A stretch of DNA of 64,000 bases from the NCBI RefSeq assembly GCF_024305245.1, contig NZ_JAMWYX010000004.1, forward strand, positions 192,616 to 256,615, written 5' to 3'. This document shows, in pieces, positions 9,297 through 21,111 of this stretch. Under the pieces are notes generated by a model that saw only the letters and a program-made list of their open reading frames with translations, did no database searches and was not told the DNA's origin. A program made the position numbers and the translations under genes. Source of the stretch: Erythrobacter sp. (GTDB lineage: Bacteria; Pseudomonadota; Alphaproteobacteria; Sphingomonadales; Sphingomonadaceae). Every line of letters starts with the position of its first letter. The stretch's first letter is position 1.

Positions 9297-9455
9297 ATGT
9301 CCATATTTTCGTTTTTCGGCTGCATGGTCGGCCGGCATCAGCCGTTGCGGCGCGATGTGAAATGGGACGGAAGGTTCTATTCCGGCACGTGCCGTCACTG
9401 CGGCGCAGCGATCAGGCGCCACCGGCACCGTAGCTGGCGCAAGCTCAAGGGCTAG
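9297..9455 (+). CDS. 52-aa Cys/His small protein (putative zinc ribbon), absent from ORF track
   Basis: Hand translation MSIFSFFGCMVGRHQPLRRDVKWDGRFYSGTCRHCGAAIRRHRHRSWRKLKG*. Cx4H...CxxC pattern. Fills an otherwise empty gap and its stop overlaps the convergent ABC gene stop. Confidence 0.65.
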   Translation: MSIFSFFGCMVGRHQPLRRDVKWDGRFYSGTCRHCGAAIRRHRHRSWRKLKG

Positions 9456-10405
9456 CCGGCAGCGGCGGTCAGCTGCACGAACACGTCTTCCAGATCCGCC
9501 TCGCGGGTGGTGACATCCTCGATGGTGAGGCCCTGTTGCTGCAGGATCGCCAAGACCTGTCCGGCGCTGAGGCGGTCCTTGTCATACGTCACCTCGACCC
9601 CGCGCGCACCGTCCCATTCCACCCGCACGAAGGCGTCATGCGTCGGCGCGGCGGCCAGATCGTCGGCCGCGGTGACCGCGACCACTTTCTCGCGCGCCAT
9701 GTCGACCAGTTCGCGGGTCGGTTTGTTGGCGATCAGCTTGCCATGGTTGATGATCGCGATCCGATCGCACAATTCCTCGGCTTCTTCGAGGTAATGCGTG
9801 GTCAGCACCACCGTCACACCGTCGCGGTTCAATTCGCTCACCAGTTCCCACAACTGGCGGCGCAGATCGACATCGACCCCGGCGGTGGGTTCATCCAGCA
9901 CCAGAATCGGCGGCGAATGCACCATTGCCTTGGCCACCAGCAGGCGGCGCTTCATCCCGCCTGACAGCGTGCGGGCATAGGCGTCGCGCTTGTCCGCCAG
10001 CCGCACCGCTTCCAGCAATTCCGCACTGCGGCGCAGTTTGGCCGGGATGCCGTAGAACCCCGCCTGATTCTCCAGCACCTCGAACGGGGTGAAGAACGGA
10101 TCGAACACGATTTCCTGCGGCACGATCCCGATCGAACGGCTGGCGTTGCGGCGATGGCGATCAATGTCGAAGCCCCAGATCTCCGCCGATCCGCCGGTCT
10201 TGTTGACCAGCCCTGCAAGAATATTGATCAGCGTCGATTTGCCCGCGCCGTTGGGGCCGAGCAGGCCGAAGATCGATCCTTCGGGCACATCGAAGCTGAC
10301 CCCGCCCAGCGCCAGCTTGCCTTCGGTCACCGCGCCTTTCGGCCCCTTGGCAGGGGCGTAACGCTTGACGAGGTCGGTGATGCGGATCGCGGGCTCTGCT
10401 GACAT
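9452..10405 (-). CDS. ABC transporter ATP-binding protein (YadG/DrrA-like), no adjacent permease
   Basis: Walker A GPNGAGKS, signature LSGGMKRR, Walker B LVLDEPT, TTH switch. Confidence 0.92.
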   Translation of the reverse strand: MSAEPAIRITDLVKRYAPAKGPKGAVTEGKLALGGVSFDVPEGSIFGLLGPNGAGKSTLINILAGLVNKTGGSAEIWGFDIDRHRRNASRSIGIVPQEIVFDPFFTPFEVLENQAGFYGIPAKLRRSAELLEAVRLADKRDAYARTLSGGMKRRLLVAKAMVHSPPILVLDEPTAGVDVDLRRQLWELVSELNRDGVTVVLTTHYLEEAEELCDRIAIINHGKLIANKPTRELVDMAREKVVAVTAADDLAAAPTHDAFVRVEWDGARGVEVTYDKDRLSAGQVLAILQQQGLTIEDVTTREADLEDVFVQLTAAAG

Positions 10406-10494
10406 GGACGCAGCCCTATGGGAGCCGCCGCCGCGCGGCAAGCCTTGCGCAAAGGCAATTGCAACCGGGCAAGGGCGCGGGTAACGGCAAGGCC

Positions 10495-10755
10495 ATGAGC
10501 ATTCCCCCTCCCGAAGTCCTGCTGGTCGATACGCGGCGCGTTGCCTGCGACGGGGCCAGCGCCATCCGCGCCGGTGCGGGCTATACCCCGGCGGCGCTCG
10601 GCCATCCGCGCGTGTTTCTCGAGATCGACGAGCATGGCTATGTCGATTGCGGCTATTGCGACCGGCGCTTCGTGCTGCGCGGCGGCCCGGCGGACGGCGC
10701 GGATCAGGCCAGCCTGCCCGACATCTCCTCGGGCGCCAGCGCCGCCCGCAGCTGA
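10495..10755 (+). CDS. zf-CHCC zinc-finger protein
   Basis: CDG...LGHPRVFL...CGYC. Confidence 0.88.
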   Translation: MSIPPPEVLLVDTRRVACDGASAIRAGAGYTPAALGHPRVFLEIDEHGYVDCGYCDRRFVLRGGPADGADQASLPDISSGASAARS

Positions 10756-10823
10756 TCGCCCGCTCAGCGACGGTTCAGGCGCGATGCGGTAGAACAGCAT
10801 GGCATTTGTGATGGAGAATCGCC

Positions 10824-11303
10824 GTGACCCGACTTTCAGCCCCCGTTCGCCCGCTTGTCACTAGCCTTGCCGCCGCTCTCGCGCTGGCAGTGGGCATGCC
10901 CGCAGCCGCGCAAGGCCAAAGCCGGGCAGATGTCGAAACCGACGTGGCAGCCGAGCCCGCGACCAAGGGCGAAAAGCGGCTGGCCGAGCTGCTTGAGGGC
11001 CGCGAGGCAGGCGAGCCGGTGCGCTGCATCCGGACATTGCCCAGCCAGCGCATGCAGACCATCGACAAGACCGCCTATGTCTTCGGATCGGGCAACACGA
11101 TCTATGTCCAGCGCACCCGCGACCCCGAGGACATCGACGATACCGATGCGCTCGTCACCCGGCGCTTCAACGGCAGCCAGCTGTGCCGGCTCGACGTTAT
11201 CACCACGGTCGATCCGCTCGTCGGGATGTTCACCGGCGCGGTTTTCTTCGAGGATTTCGTGCCTTACACCCGCGTCGAGAATGGTTCCGCCGATCGGGGC
11301 TGA
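10824..11303 (+). CDS. Secreted hypothetical protein with Cys pair
   Basis: Signal peptide, PVRCI...QLCRLD. GTG start after GGAG. Confidence 0.7.
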   Translation: MTRLSAPVRPLVTSLAAALALAVGMPAAAQGQSRADVETDVAAEPATKGEKRLAELLEGREAGEPVRCIRTLPSQRMQTIDKTAYVFGSGNTIYVQRTRDPEDIDDTDALVTRRFNGSQLCRLDVITTVDPLVGMFTGAVFFEDFVPYTRVENGSADRG

Positions 11304-11326
11304 ATGCGGGTAGGTCGCCGGTGCGG

Positions 11327-12301
11327 TCAGGCGCGCGCCAGCGCCTGCATCCGGGCAATGATCTCCTCGGCCTGTAGCATGATCCGGTCGATCAGTTCCT
11401 GACAGGTCGGGATATCGTGGATCAGCCCGGCGACCATGCCGCAGCTCCACGCGCCCTTGTCCATCTCGCCTTCCATCATGATCGACGGATAGACCCCGGC
11501 CACTTCGGGCAGGATGTCCTGAATGGTGAGCGCATCGCCAAGCTCCTTCTCCTTGAGGATCAGGCGTTCCACCGCGGCATTGTTGAGCACGCGTTCCGTA
11601 TTGCGCAGCGGGCGCATCACGAGGCGCGTGTCGAGTTCGCTGGCGGCTAGAATCGCCTGCTTCACATTGTCATGCACCGGCGCTTCCTTGGTGGCGATGA
11701 AGCGGGTTCCCATGTTCATCCCCTGCGCGCCCATCGCCAGGCTGGCGACAAGGCTGCGACCGTCGGCCATGCCGCCGCTGGAAACGAACGGGATTTCCAG
11801 CTCGTCAGCCGCGCGCGGCAGCAGGATGAAGTTGGGCACGTCGTCCTCGCCCGGATGGCCGCCGCATTCGAACCCGTCGACGCTCACCGCATCGCAGCCG
11901 ATCTCCTGCGCCTTGAGGCTGTGCCGCACGCTGGTGCATTTGTGGATCACCTTGATCCCCGCGTCTTTAAGATGCGGCAGCAGATCGACCGGGTTGCGCC
12001 CGGCGGTTTCGACCACGGTCACCCCGCCATCGATCACCGCCTTCACCAGCCCCGGATAATCGGGCGGCGTCAGCGTGGGCAGAATGGTCAGGTTCACGCC
12101 GAACGGCTTGTCGGTCATGTCCTTGCAGCGCGCGATCTCGTTCGCCAGCTTTTCGGGCGTGCCCTGCGTCAGGCCGGTGATGATCCCCAGCCCGCCTGCA
12201 TTGGAGACGGCCGCAGCCATTTCGGCGAACCCGACATAATGCATCCCGCCCTGAATAATGGGGTGCTGGATGCCGAACATTTCGGTGATGGCGGTCTTCA
12301 T
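11327..12301 (-). CDS. Nitronate monooxygenase / enoyl-ACP reductase II-like flavin oxidoreductase
   Basis: PIIQGGM, SNAGGLG, ECGGHPG, SGGMADG, MGTRF. Confidence 0.9.
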   Translation of the reverse strand: MKTAITEMFGIQHPIIQGGMHYVGFAEMAAAVSNAGGLGIITGLTQGTPEKLANEIARCKDMTDKPFGVNLTILPTLTPPDYPGLVKAVIDGGVTVVETAGRNPVDLLPHLKDAGIKVIHKCTSVRHSLKAQEIGCDAVSVDGFECGGHPGEDDVPNFILLPRAADELEIPFVSSGGMADGRSLVASLAMGAQGMNMGTRFIATKEAPVHDNVKQAILAASELDTRLVMRPLRNTERVLNNAAVERLILKEKELGDALTIQDILPEVAGVYPSIMMEGEMDKGAWSCGMVAGLIHDIPTCQELIDRIMLQAEEIIARMQALARA

Positions 12302-12412
12302 GGCGTGGTTCCTCCCGTGCAATCCGTGTTTGCGCGGGACACAAGCCTGTTTGCGGAACGCTTTCAAGCCCGCTGTTGCAAAGCGGCTGCGTCGCCCACG
12401 CGCGCCGTAGCG

Positions 12413-12628
12413 TCAGCGCGCCTGCCGATCCTTGCGTCCGCCGGTCACTGCGGTGATCTGCCGTCCGATCCACCACGACACTGGGATGGAGACCACGAAG
12501 CCCGCCACAGCCGCCCACAGGATCGGCTGGCCGGTCGCCCAGATATCCATCGTCAGCACGGCAACCACGCCGATTCCCATCAAGGTCGTCGCCACAATCG
12601 GAAAAAGAGCAAGGCCAAGCCGGTTCAT
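12413..12628 (-). CDS. Small two-TM membrane protein
   Basis: MNRLGLALFPIVATTLMGIGVVAVL...QPILWAAVAGFVVSIPVSWWI. RBS AAAGGTGG upstream. Confidence 0.75.
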   Translation of the reverse strand: MNRLGLALFPIVATTLMGIGVVAVLTMDIWATGQPILWAAVAGFVVSIPVSWWIGRQITAVTGGRKDRQAR

Positions 12629-12725
12629 GTGTCCACCTTTCGAAGCCGGAGGCTGGAAGCGGCGGGATCGAGGCGCGCCCGGCCACTCGGCACAGGCGGA
12701 ATGCCCGCAGCGGCGCGGGGGAACA

Positions 12726-12739
12726 TTGATCCAGCGCAA
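12726..12739 (-). promoter_or_regulatory. Candidate FNR/FixK-type box
   Basis: TTGCG-CTGG-ATCAA on the minus strand (2 mismatches to TTGAT-N4-ATCAA), about 100 nt upstream of the small membrane gene. Confidence 0.4.
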
Positions 12740-12767
12740 ATCGGCTGAAAAAGCGCGGTAATCCGCG

Positions 12768-13406
12768 TCAGGAACGGGTGAAAGCGAGCATGAAGGTCAC
12801 CGGCACCGCGGGCGTGATCGACGGCAGTTCTGCCAGTGCGCGCAATTCGCCCAGCTCGTCGGTCAGTTCGAACATGTCGGTGGTGATGATCACCGGCGCG
12901 GTCGGCACCACGGTCACGCGGTCCTCGGCGGTGCGGGTTACCAGCACTTCGGTCTCGAACGCCTGCTCGACCCCCTTCAGCGCGAGCGTGGCTTTGAGCG
13001 GGCGGGCGAGCGACTGGCCCACGGCAAGACCGGCAAAAGCCGCCGGATCGAGCTTTGCCGTGACCACCGCGCTGGGGTTGTCGACCACCTGGAAGAAGAT
13101 CTCGCGCATCCGTTCGTTGCGGATATCGACCCCGGTGCTGACCGAGGAGAGATCGATGTCGACCTGCGCCGTGCCATCGGCGGCGATGGTGCCCGACAGC
13201 GTCTCGAAAGCGTTGTTCTCGGCAATCTCGCCCGCCTTGATGCTGACATAGCCGAGCCGCGATGTTGCCGGATCGAGCGTCCATGCGCCCTCGGTCACCG
13301 CAGCGTCCATTGTAGCAGCGGGCGCTTCAGCGGCAGGCTCGGCGCAGGCGGCAAGGCCCAATGCGAGCGCGGCGGGCAGGGCAAAAATGCGGGCGATGGG
13401 CTTCAC
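12768..13406 (-). CDS. YceI-family lipoprotein
   Basis: Lipobox LAAC, WTLDPATS, IDLSSVSTGVDIRNERM. Confidence 0.85.
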   Translation of the reverse strand: MKPIARIFALPAALALGLAACAEPAAEAPAATMDAAVTEGAWTLDPATSRLGYVSIKAGEIAENNAFETLSGTIAADGTAQVDIDLSSVSTGVDIRNERMREIFFQVVDNPSAVVTAKLDPAAFAGLAVGQSLARPLKATLALKGVEQAFETEVLVTRTAEDRVTVVPTAPVIITTDMFELTDELGELRALAELPSITPAVPVTFMLAFTRS

Positions 13407-13521
13407 AGGGGCAAACCTCTCATGGGGCGATATCGTCGGCGAGCATTATTCTATTCTACGCGCTGCCGAAAGGGGCAGATGCACGCAGGCTGCCGGGTGC
13501 AGGGGGTGGGGGTCAGGGGGC

Positions 13522-15138
13522 TCATTCCCACTCGATCGTGCCGGGCGGTTTGCTGGTGTAGTCGTAGACCACCCGGTTGATGCCCTTCACCTCGTTGACG
13601 ATCCGGGTCGCCACGCGGGTGAGGAAGCTGGAATCGTAGGGGAAGACATCCGCCGTCATCCCGTCGGTGGATGTCACCGCACGCAGCGCGCAGACGTTGT
13701 CGTAAGTGCGACTGTCGCCCATCACGCCGACGGTCTTGACCGGCAGCAGCACCGCAAACGCCTGCCAGATCGCGTCATACAGGCCTGCGTTGCGGATTTC
13801 CTCCAGATAGATCGCGTCGGCCTTGCGCAGGATGTCGCAGCGTTCCTTGGTGACTTCGCCGGGGATGCGGATCGCGAGGCCGGGGCCGGGGAAGGGGTGG
13901 CGACCGACGAAAGCATCGGGCAGGCCCAGCTCGCGGCCCAGATCGCGCACCTCGTCCTTGAACAATTCGCGCAAGGGTTCGACCAGCGCCATGTTCATCC
14001 GTTCGGGCAGGCCGCCGACATTGTGGTGGCTCTTGATCGTGACGCTCGGCCCGCCGGTGAAGCTGACGGATTCGATCACGTCGGGGTAGAGCGTGCCTTG
14101 GGCGAGGAATTCTGCGCCGCCGACTGTGTTGGCCTCCGTCTCGAACACGTCGATGAAGGTCTTGCCGATGAACTTGCGCTTGGCTTCGGGGTCGGTGAGG
14201 CCTGCCAGCCCGCCGAGGAACAGTTCTTCCGCCTCCACATGCACCAGCGGGATGTTGTAATGATCGCGGAACAGGGTGACGACCTGATCGGCCTCGTTCA
14301 TGCGCATCAGGCCATGGTCGACGAAGACGCAGGTCAGCTGGTCGCCGATCGCTTCGTGGATCAGAACGGCCGCCACCGCCGAATCGACCCCGCCCGAAAG
14401 CCCGCAGATCACGCGCTTGTCACCCACCTGCGCGCGGATTTCGGCGATCTTGGTCTTGCGGAATTCGGCCATGGTCCAGTCGCCCGCCAGCCCGCAGACA
14501 TGGCGCACGAAGTTGGCGATCAGCTTGCCGCCATCGGGGGTGTGGACGACCTCGGGGTGGAACTGGGTGCCGTAGAACTTGCGCGTTTCGTCGGCGATCA
14601 CGGCAAAAGGCGCGCCGTCGGAGGTGGCGACGATTTCGAACCCTTCGGCAAAGCGGGTGACCTTGTCTCCGTGGCTCATCCACACCTGATGGCGCTCGTC
14701 CACCTCCCACAACCCGTCGAACAGCGCGCATTCGGCGGTGACAGTCAGGAATGCGCGGCCGAATTCGCCGCCTTCTCCGGTTTCGTGTCCGGGCCGCACT
14801 TCGCCGCCCAGCTGGTGCGTCATAACCTGCTGGCCGTAACAGATGCCGAGGATCGGCACGCCGGTATCGAACAGCATCTGCGGCGCGCGGGGGGAGCCTT
14901 CGTCGGGCACACTGGCGGGCGATCCGGACAGGATGATGCCCTTGGGCTGCATGCGCTGGAACGCGGCCTCTGCCTGGGTGAAGGGCGCGATTTCCGAATA
15001 GACCCCGGCCTCGCGCACCCGGCGGGCGATCAATTGCGTGACCTGCGAGCCGAAATCGACGATCAGAATCGACTCCGATGCAATAGCTTCGGGGACAACG
15101 GAATCGCCCGAGGCCGGGCCGGTGGGGTGCACGCTCAT
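13522..15138 (-). CDS. guaA: GMP synthase (glutamine-hydrolysing)
   Basis: [59 protein letters not shown]. Confidence 0.98.
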   Translation of the reverse strand: MSVHPTGPASGDSVVPEAIASESILIVDFGSQVTQLIARRVREAGVYSEIAPFTQAEAAFQRMQPKGIILSGSPASVPDEGSPRAPQMLFDTGVPILGICYGQQVMTHQLGGEVRPGHETGEGGEFGRAFLTVTAECALFDGLWEVDERHQVWMSHGDKVTRFAEGFEIVATSDGAPFAVIADETRKFYGTQFHPEVVHTPDGGKLIANFVRHVCGLAGDWTMAEFRKTKIAEIRAQVGDKRVICGLSGGVDSAVAAVLIHEAIGDQLTCVFVDHGLMRMNEADQVVTLFRDHYNIPLVHVEAEELFLGGLAGLTDPEAKRKFIGKTFIDVFETEANTVGGAEFLAQGTLYPDVIESVSFTGGPSVTIKSHHNVGGLPERMNMALVEPLRELFKDEVRDLGRELGLPDAFVGRHPFPGPGLAIRIPGEVTKERCDILRKADAIYLEEIRNAGLYDAIWQAFAVLLPVKTVGVMGDSRTYDNVCALRAVTSTDGMTADVFPYDSSFLTRVATRIVNEVKGINRVVYDYTSKPPGTIEWE

Positions 15139-15288
15139 GACGGGCGATTACGAAGCGCGCCCGTTTCTGTCCAGCGCGGGCGCATGCTGCGCGGTGCATT
15201 TCGGGTGCTGGTCTCACCAAGGTTGCGTTTCGTGCAACAAAACTTAGCGTTTTCGCATTTGTATTCGATGCAATCGAACATCATTTAG

Positions 15289-15528
15289 CCGCCACACGAT
15301 GCGCGCCGGGGCTTCTCTCTCCACCCTCGGCTTCCCCCATGCGGGGACATCGTTTGGCGGAACCAGGCCGAATACGGCTGTTCTGCCAGCCTGCGAAACC
15401 CGGTTCAGACGGCCTCTCCCCCCCTTGGCCCTCTGCCCCCGCCGGGCGCCCTGCCGCAAAAGGCCGGGCCAGCAGTGAGCGAGACGCGGCCCCCAGTCCT
15501 CCCCCCCTTAAATTGGTGGCCGCGTCTC
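15289..15528 (+). ncRNA. Candidate structured sRNA(s) with C/U-rich loops
   Basis: CCGCCA-C-ACGATG (15289-15301) pairs with CATCGT-T-TGGCGG (15348-15360). GGCC-TCTCCCCCCCTT-GGCC (15411-15430). 11-bp stem GAGACGCGGCC (15481-15491) / GGCCGCGTCTC (15518-15528). Strand inferred from the C-rich loops. Confidence 0.45.
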
Positions 15529-15715
15529 CAGCTGCGCGGCATCGATCCCGCGCCTGTGATTGCAATTTCCGCTTTCGGTGATGAAATATTTTCGTGCGTT
15601 ATCGGGTTTGATTATTGCGCAGCTTCATCCATATAGTGCGCAAGCCCGCACGGTGATTCCTCTCCGCTTTGCCGCGCCGGGCCGATTTAACCACAACAGA
15701 ACAGGGAAACAACCC

Positions 15716-15799
15716 ATGCGCATGATCAGTGAAAAAGCCGTCGCCTTCATCCTCGCGATCGCTTTCAGCGGCGCGGCGTTCAACACGCTCATCGTCTAA
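15716..15799 (+). CDS. 27-aa hydrophobic small protein
   Basis: MRMISEKAVAFILAIAFSGAAFNTLIV*. Purine-rich RBS AGGGAAA upstream. GC-rich third codon positions typical of the host genes. Confidence 0.6.
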   Translation: MRMISEKAVAFILAIAFSGAAFNTLIV

Positions 15800-15820
15800 C
15801 GACGCGCCAACGACCCGTTA

Positions 15821-15900
15821 AAGCGCGAGAACCCTCTCCCTCGCGCTTGGCATCTTCGGCCCGGTTGCCCACTCCCATCGCGGAACAGGGCAGCCGGGCC
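15821..15900 (+). other. Two hairpins with C-rich loops in the 3' region of the small ORF (sRNA or terminators)
   Basis: AAGCGCGAG/CTCGCGCTT (15821-15848, loop AACCCTCTCC) and CCGGTTGCCC/GGGCAGCCGG (loop contains ACTCCC). Confidence 0.55.
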
Positions 15901-15905
15901 GTTTG

Positions 15906-17465
15906 CTATTCCACTCCGCCGAGCCGCGCGGCTTCTTCGCGCAGGTCGCTTTTCAGCAGCTTGCCGATGTGGCTGCGCGGCATTTCGGCGATGGTGTGCA
16001 GCGCGGCGAGCCGCTGAGTCTTGCCCAGCCGCGCGTTGACCGCGGCCATGATCGCCGCCGGATCGCCATCACCCTTCAGCACCACGAAACCGACCGGGCT
16101 TTCGCCCCATTTGCGGGACGGCAGGCCGACCACCGCCGCCTCGACCACGCCGGGTTCCTTGCACAATTCCGCTTCCAGATCGGACGGGTAGATATTGAAC
16201 CCGCCCGAAATGATCATGTCCTTGGCCCGGCCCACCAGTTCGACGAAACCTTCGGCGTCCACCCGGCCGATATCGCCCATACGCATCCATGCCTCGCCGG
16301 TCGCAGGATCGATCCACTGCGCTTCGGCAGTGTTGTCGGGACGGTTCTTGTAGCCGCTCATCATGGTGAGGCTGCGGCCGATCAGGTTGCCCGGTGTGCC
16401 CGGCGGGACTTCGCGGTCCTCGTCGTCCAGCACCTTCAATTCGCTGCCCGGCGCGGGGCGGCCGACCGTGTGAAGCTTGTCGGGGAATTCGTGGCACGGC
16501 AGCAGGCACACCACGCCGCCTTCGGTCATCGAATAGATCTCGATCAACCCGCCAGGCATCCGGCCCAGCACTTCACGCTTCAGATCGGCGGGGAAGGGCG
16601 CGGAGGTGCAGTATTTGAGCTTGAGCGCCGACAGGTCGAAATTGTCGAACCCGGTGAAGTCCATCAGCCGCTGATATTGCACCGGCACCAGCATGGTGAT
16701 GGTGGTGCGGTCGGCTGCGGCATGGGCGAGCCACTTCGCGCAATCGAACTTGCCCATTACCCGCACGCAGCCGCCCGCCAGCAGCACCGGCAGAAACGCC
16801 ACCATCGTGGTGTTCGAATAAAGCGGGGTCGAGGCGAGCGAGCGCACTTCCAGCCCCGCACCGAGAAAGCTGAGCGCGGTCGAGGCAAACTGCCGCCAGC
16901 GCATCCGGTGCGAATGGACGATGCCCTTGGGAATGCCGGTGGTTCCGCTGGAATAGATGATGTTGAACGGATCGCCGGGTTCGGGCGCGAAGGCCGGGGC
17001 GCGGCTGCCGGGAGGGGCCATCCACTGGTCGATCCGCTCCAGCGGCACGCGAATCAGATCGGCCATGAAGTCCGGCCCCAGCTCCGCCGCCTTGGCTGCA
17101 TCGATGAACAGGTGCCGCGCGCCCGAATCATTCGCCATGCCAGCGAGTTGTTCGGGCGAGGCGCTGGTGGTGAGCGGCGCGGCCACGCCGCCTGCACGCA
17201 TCGCGGCGAGGAACACCAGCGCATAATTGACGGTGGAGGTACCGAGGATCGCCACCGATTGGCCGCGTTGCAAGCCCCTCTCGACCAGCCGCGCCGCCAG
17301 CCGCTCGACCAGCCCGATCAGTTCCGCCCAGTAAACCTCGCGGCTTTCATCGATCAGGGCAAGATCGTCGCCCTTGATGCGCGACCATTCCATCAGGATG
17401 TCGGGGAAGCTGCCGAACGGTTCGGCAAGGCGGGCGGTCATCATCTCGGTGTTCATGACCGCCAT
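15906..17465 (-). CDS. Class I adenylate-forming enzyme (acyl-CoA synthetase)
   Basis: YSSGTTGIPKG, YSMTEG, GDIG, GRAKDMIISGGFNIYP, IGKLLK. Confidence 0.92.
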   Translation of the reverse strand: MAVMNTEMMTARLAEPFGSFPDILMEWSRIKGDDLALIDESREVYWAELIGLVERLAARLVERGLQRGQSVAILGTSTVNYALVFLAAMRAGGVAAPLTTSASPEQLAGMANDSGARHLFIDAAKAAELGPDFMADLIRVPLERIDQWMAPPGSRAPAFAPEPGDPFNIIYSSGTTGIPKGIVHSHRMRWRQFASTALSFLGAGLEVRSLASTPLYSNTTMVAFLPVLLAGGCVRVMGKFDCAKWLAHAAADRTTITMLVPVQYQRLMDFTGFDNFDLSALKLKYCTSAPFPADLKREVLGRMPGGLIEIYSMTEGGVVCLLPCHEFPDKLHTVGRPAPGSELKVLDDEDREVPPGTPGNLIGRSLTMMSGYKNRPDNTAEAQWIDPATGEAWMRMGDIGRVDAEGFVELVGRAKDMIISGGFNIYPSDLEAELCKEPGVVEAAVVGLPSRKWGESPVGFVVLKGDGDPAAIMAAVNARLGKTQRLAALHTIAEMPRSHIGKLLKSDLREEAARLGGVE

Positions 17466-17551
17466 GCATAATCAGGCGCGGCGCCCACGCAAAGGATTTG
17501 CGAAGTGGCTCGGACAAGTGGCAGACAACGCGCCGAGGAGAGGCAGACACG

Positions 17552-18316
17552 ATGACCCGCACCGCAAACATGATCGCGCTGGCCGTACTGGCCATGACCC
17601 CGGTGAGCGCGCAAGAGCAAGGCAATCCGCGAAATGTGCTGGTGGTGCTCGCCCATCCGGATGATGAACTGGTGATCGCCCCTGCGCTGGCAGCGATGCG
17701 CCGTGATGGGGCGCAGGTTCGTATTGCCTTTGCCACCAGCGGCGATGCCGGACCGGGCGAAAGCGGCATGGCCCCCGGCGCCGAGCTTGCGCAGGTGCGC
17801 GAAGGCGAGGCGCGCTGTTCGGCAGCGGCGCTGGGCCTCGGCGAACCGGAGTTCTGGCGGCTGGGCGACGGCACATTGGGTTCGTCCGCGCGCGGGCCAG
17901 ACAGCCCGGCGGCACAGGTGCTGGCGCGTATCGGCGCCGCCATCGCTGCAAACCGCCCCGGCATGGTCATCACCTGGGGGCCGGATGGCGGGTACGGCCA
18001 TGTCGATCACCGGATGGTGAGCGCGCTGACGGTTCAGGCGGCGCAAGCCATGCCCGAAGCCGAACGGCCGATCATGCTGCATCCGGCGATCCGCACCGGC
18101 ACCGCACCTGCAATTCCGCAGTTGGAAAGCTGGGCAACCACCGCGCCCGAACTTGTCCAGTACGGTTTGGCCTACACCCCCGCCGATCTTGCCGCCGCCA
18201 AGACGGCCGCTGCTTGCCATGTCACCCAATTCGACGAAGCCTCGCGCGCCGGGATGATGCCGCTGTTCGACGCCACGATCTGGCAGGGCAAGGTGCATTT
18301 CCGCCGCGCCTTTTGA
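17552..18316 (+). CDS. Secreted PIG-L/LmbE-family deacetylase
   Basis: Signal peptide, AHPDDE, TSGDAG, REGE, GYGHVDH. Confidence 0.88.
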   Translation: MTRTANMIALAVLAMTPVSAQEQGNPRNVLVVLAHPDDELVIAPALAAMRRDGAQVRIAFATSGDAGPGESGMAPGAELAQVREGEARCSAAALGLGEPEFWRLGDGTLGSSARGPDSPAAQVLARIGAAIAANRPGMVITWGPDGGYGHVDHRMVSALTVQAAQAMPEAERPIMLHPAIRTGTAPAIPQLESWATTAPELVQYGLAYTPADLAAAKTAAACHVTQFDEASRAGMMPLFDATIWQGKVHFRRAF

Positions 18317-18340
18317 CGGGCCTTCTGATGGGCCTTTTAA

Positions 18341-21034
<2,694 letters not shown>

Positions 21035-21111
21035 TCGCCATGAACAGCCACCGGGGACGCACGGTGCGGCCGATCCCCGCGTCTAGGCGACCACAGGCGA
21101 GACCTTCCAGC

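Noticed and set aside
12413-12628. CTP synthetase label sometimes attached to similar small proteins
   Set aside because: A 71-aa two-TM protein has no amidoligase or glutaminase motifs.
13407-13560. guaA 3' end as an integration hotspot
   Set aside because: No integrase, att-like duplication or compositional shift downstream; the next gene is an ordinary YceI.
15289-15528. Identity as SRP RNA, 6S RNA, RNase P RNA, tmRNA or a tRNA
   Set aside because: No SRP domain IV (CAGG...GGAAG..AGCAGC), RNase P P4 motif, tRNA T-loop or CCA end recognised; kept only as an unknown structured RNA.
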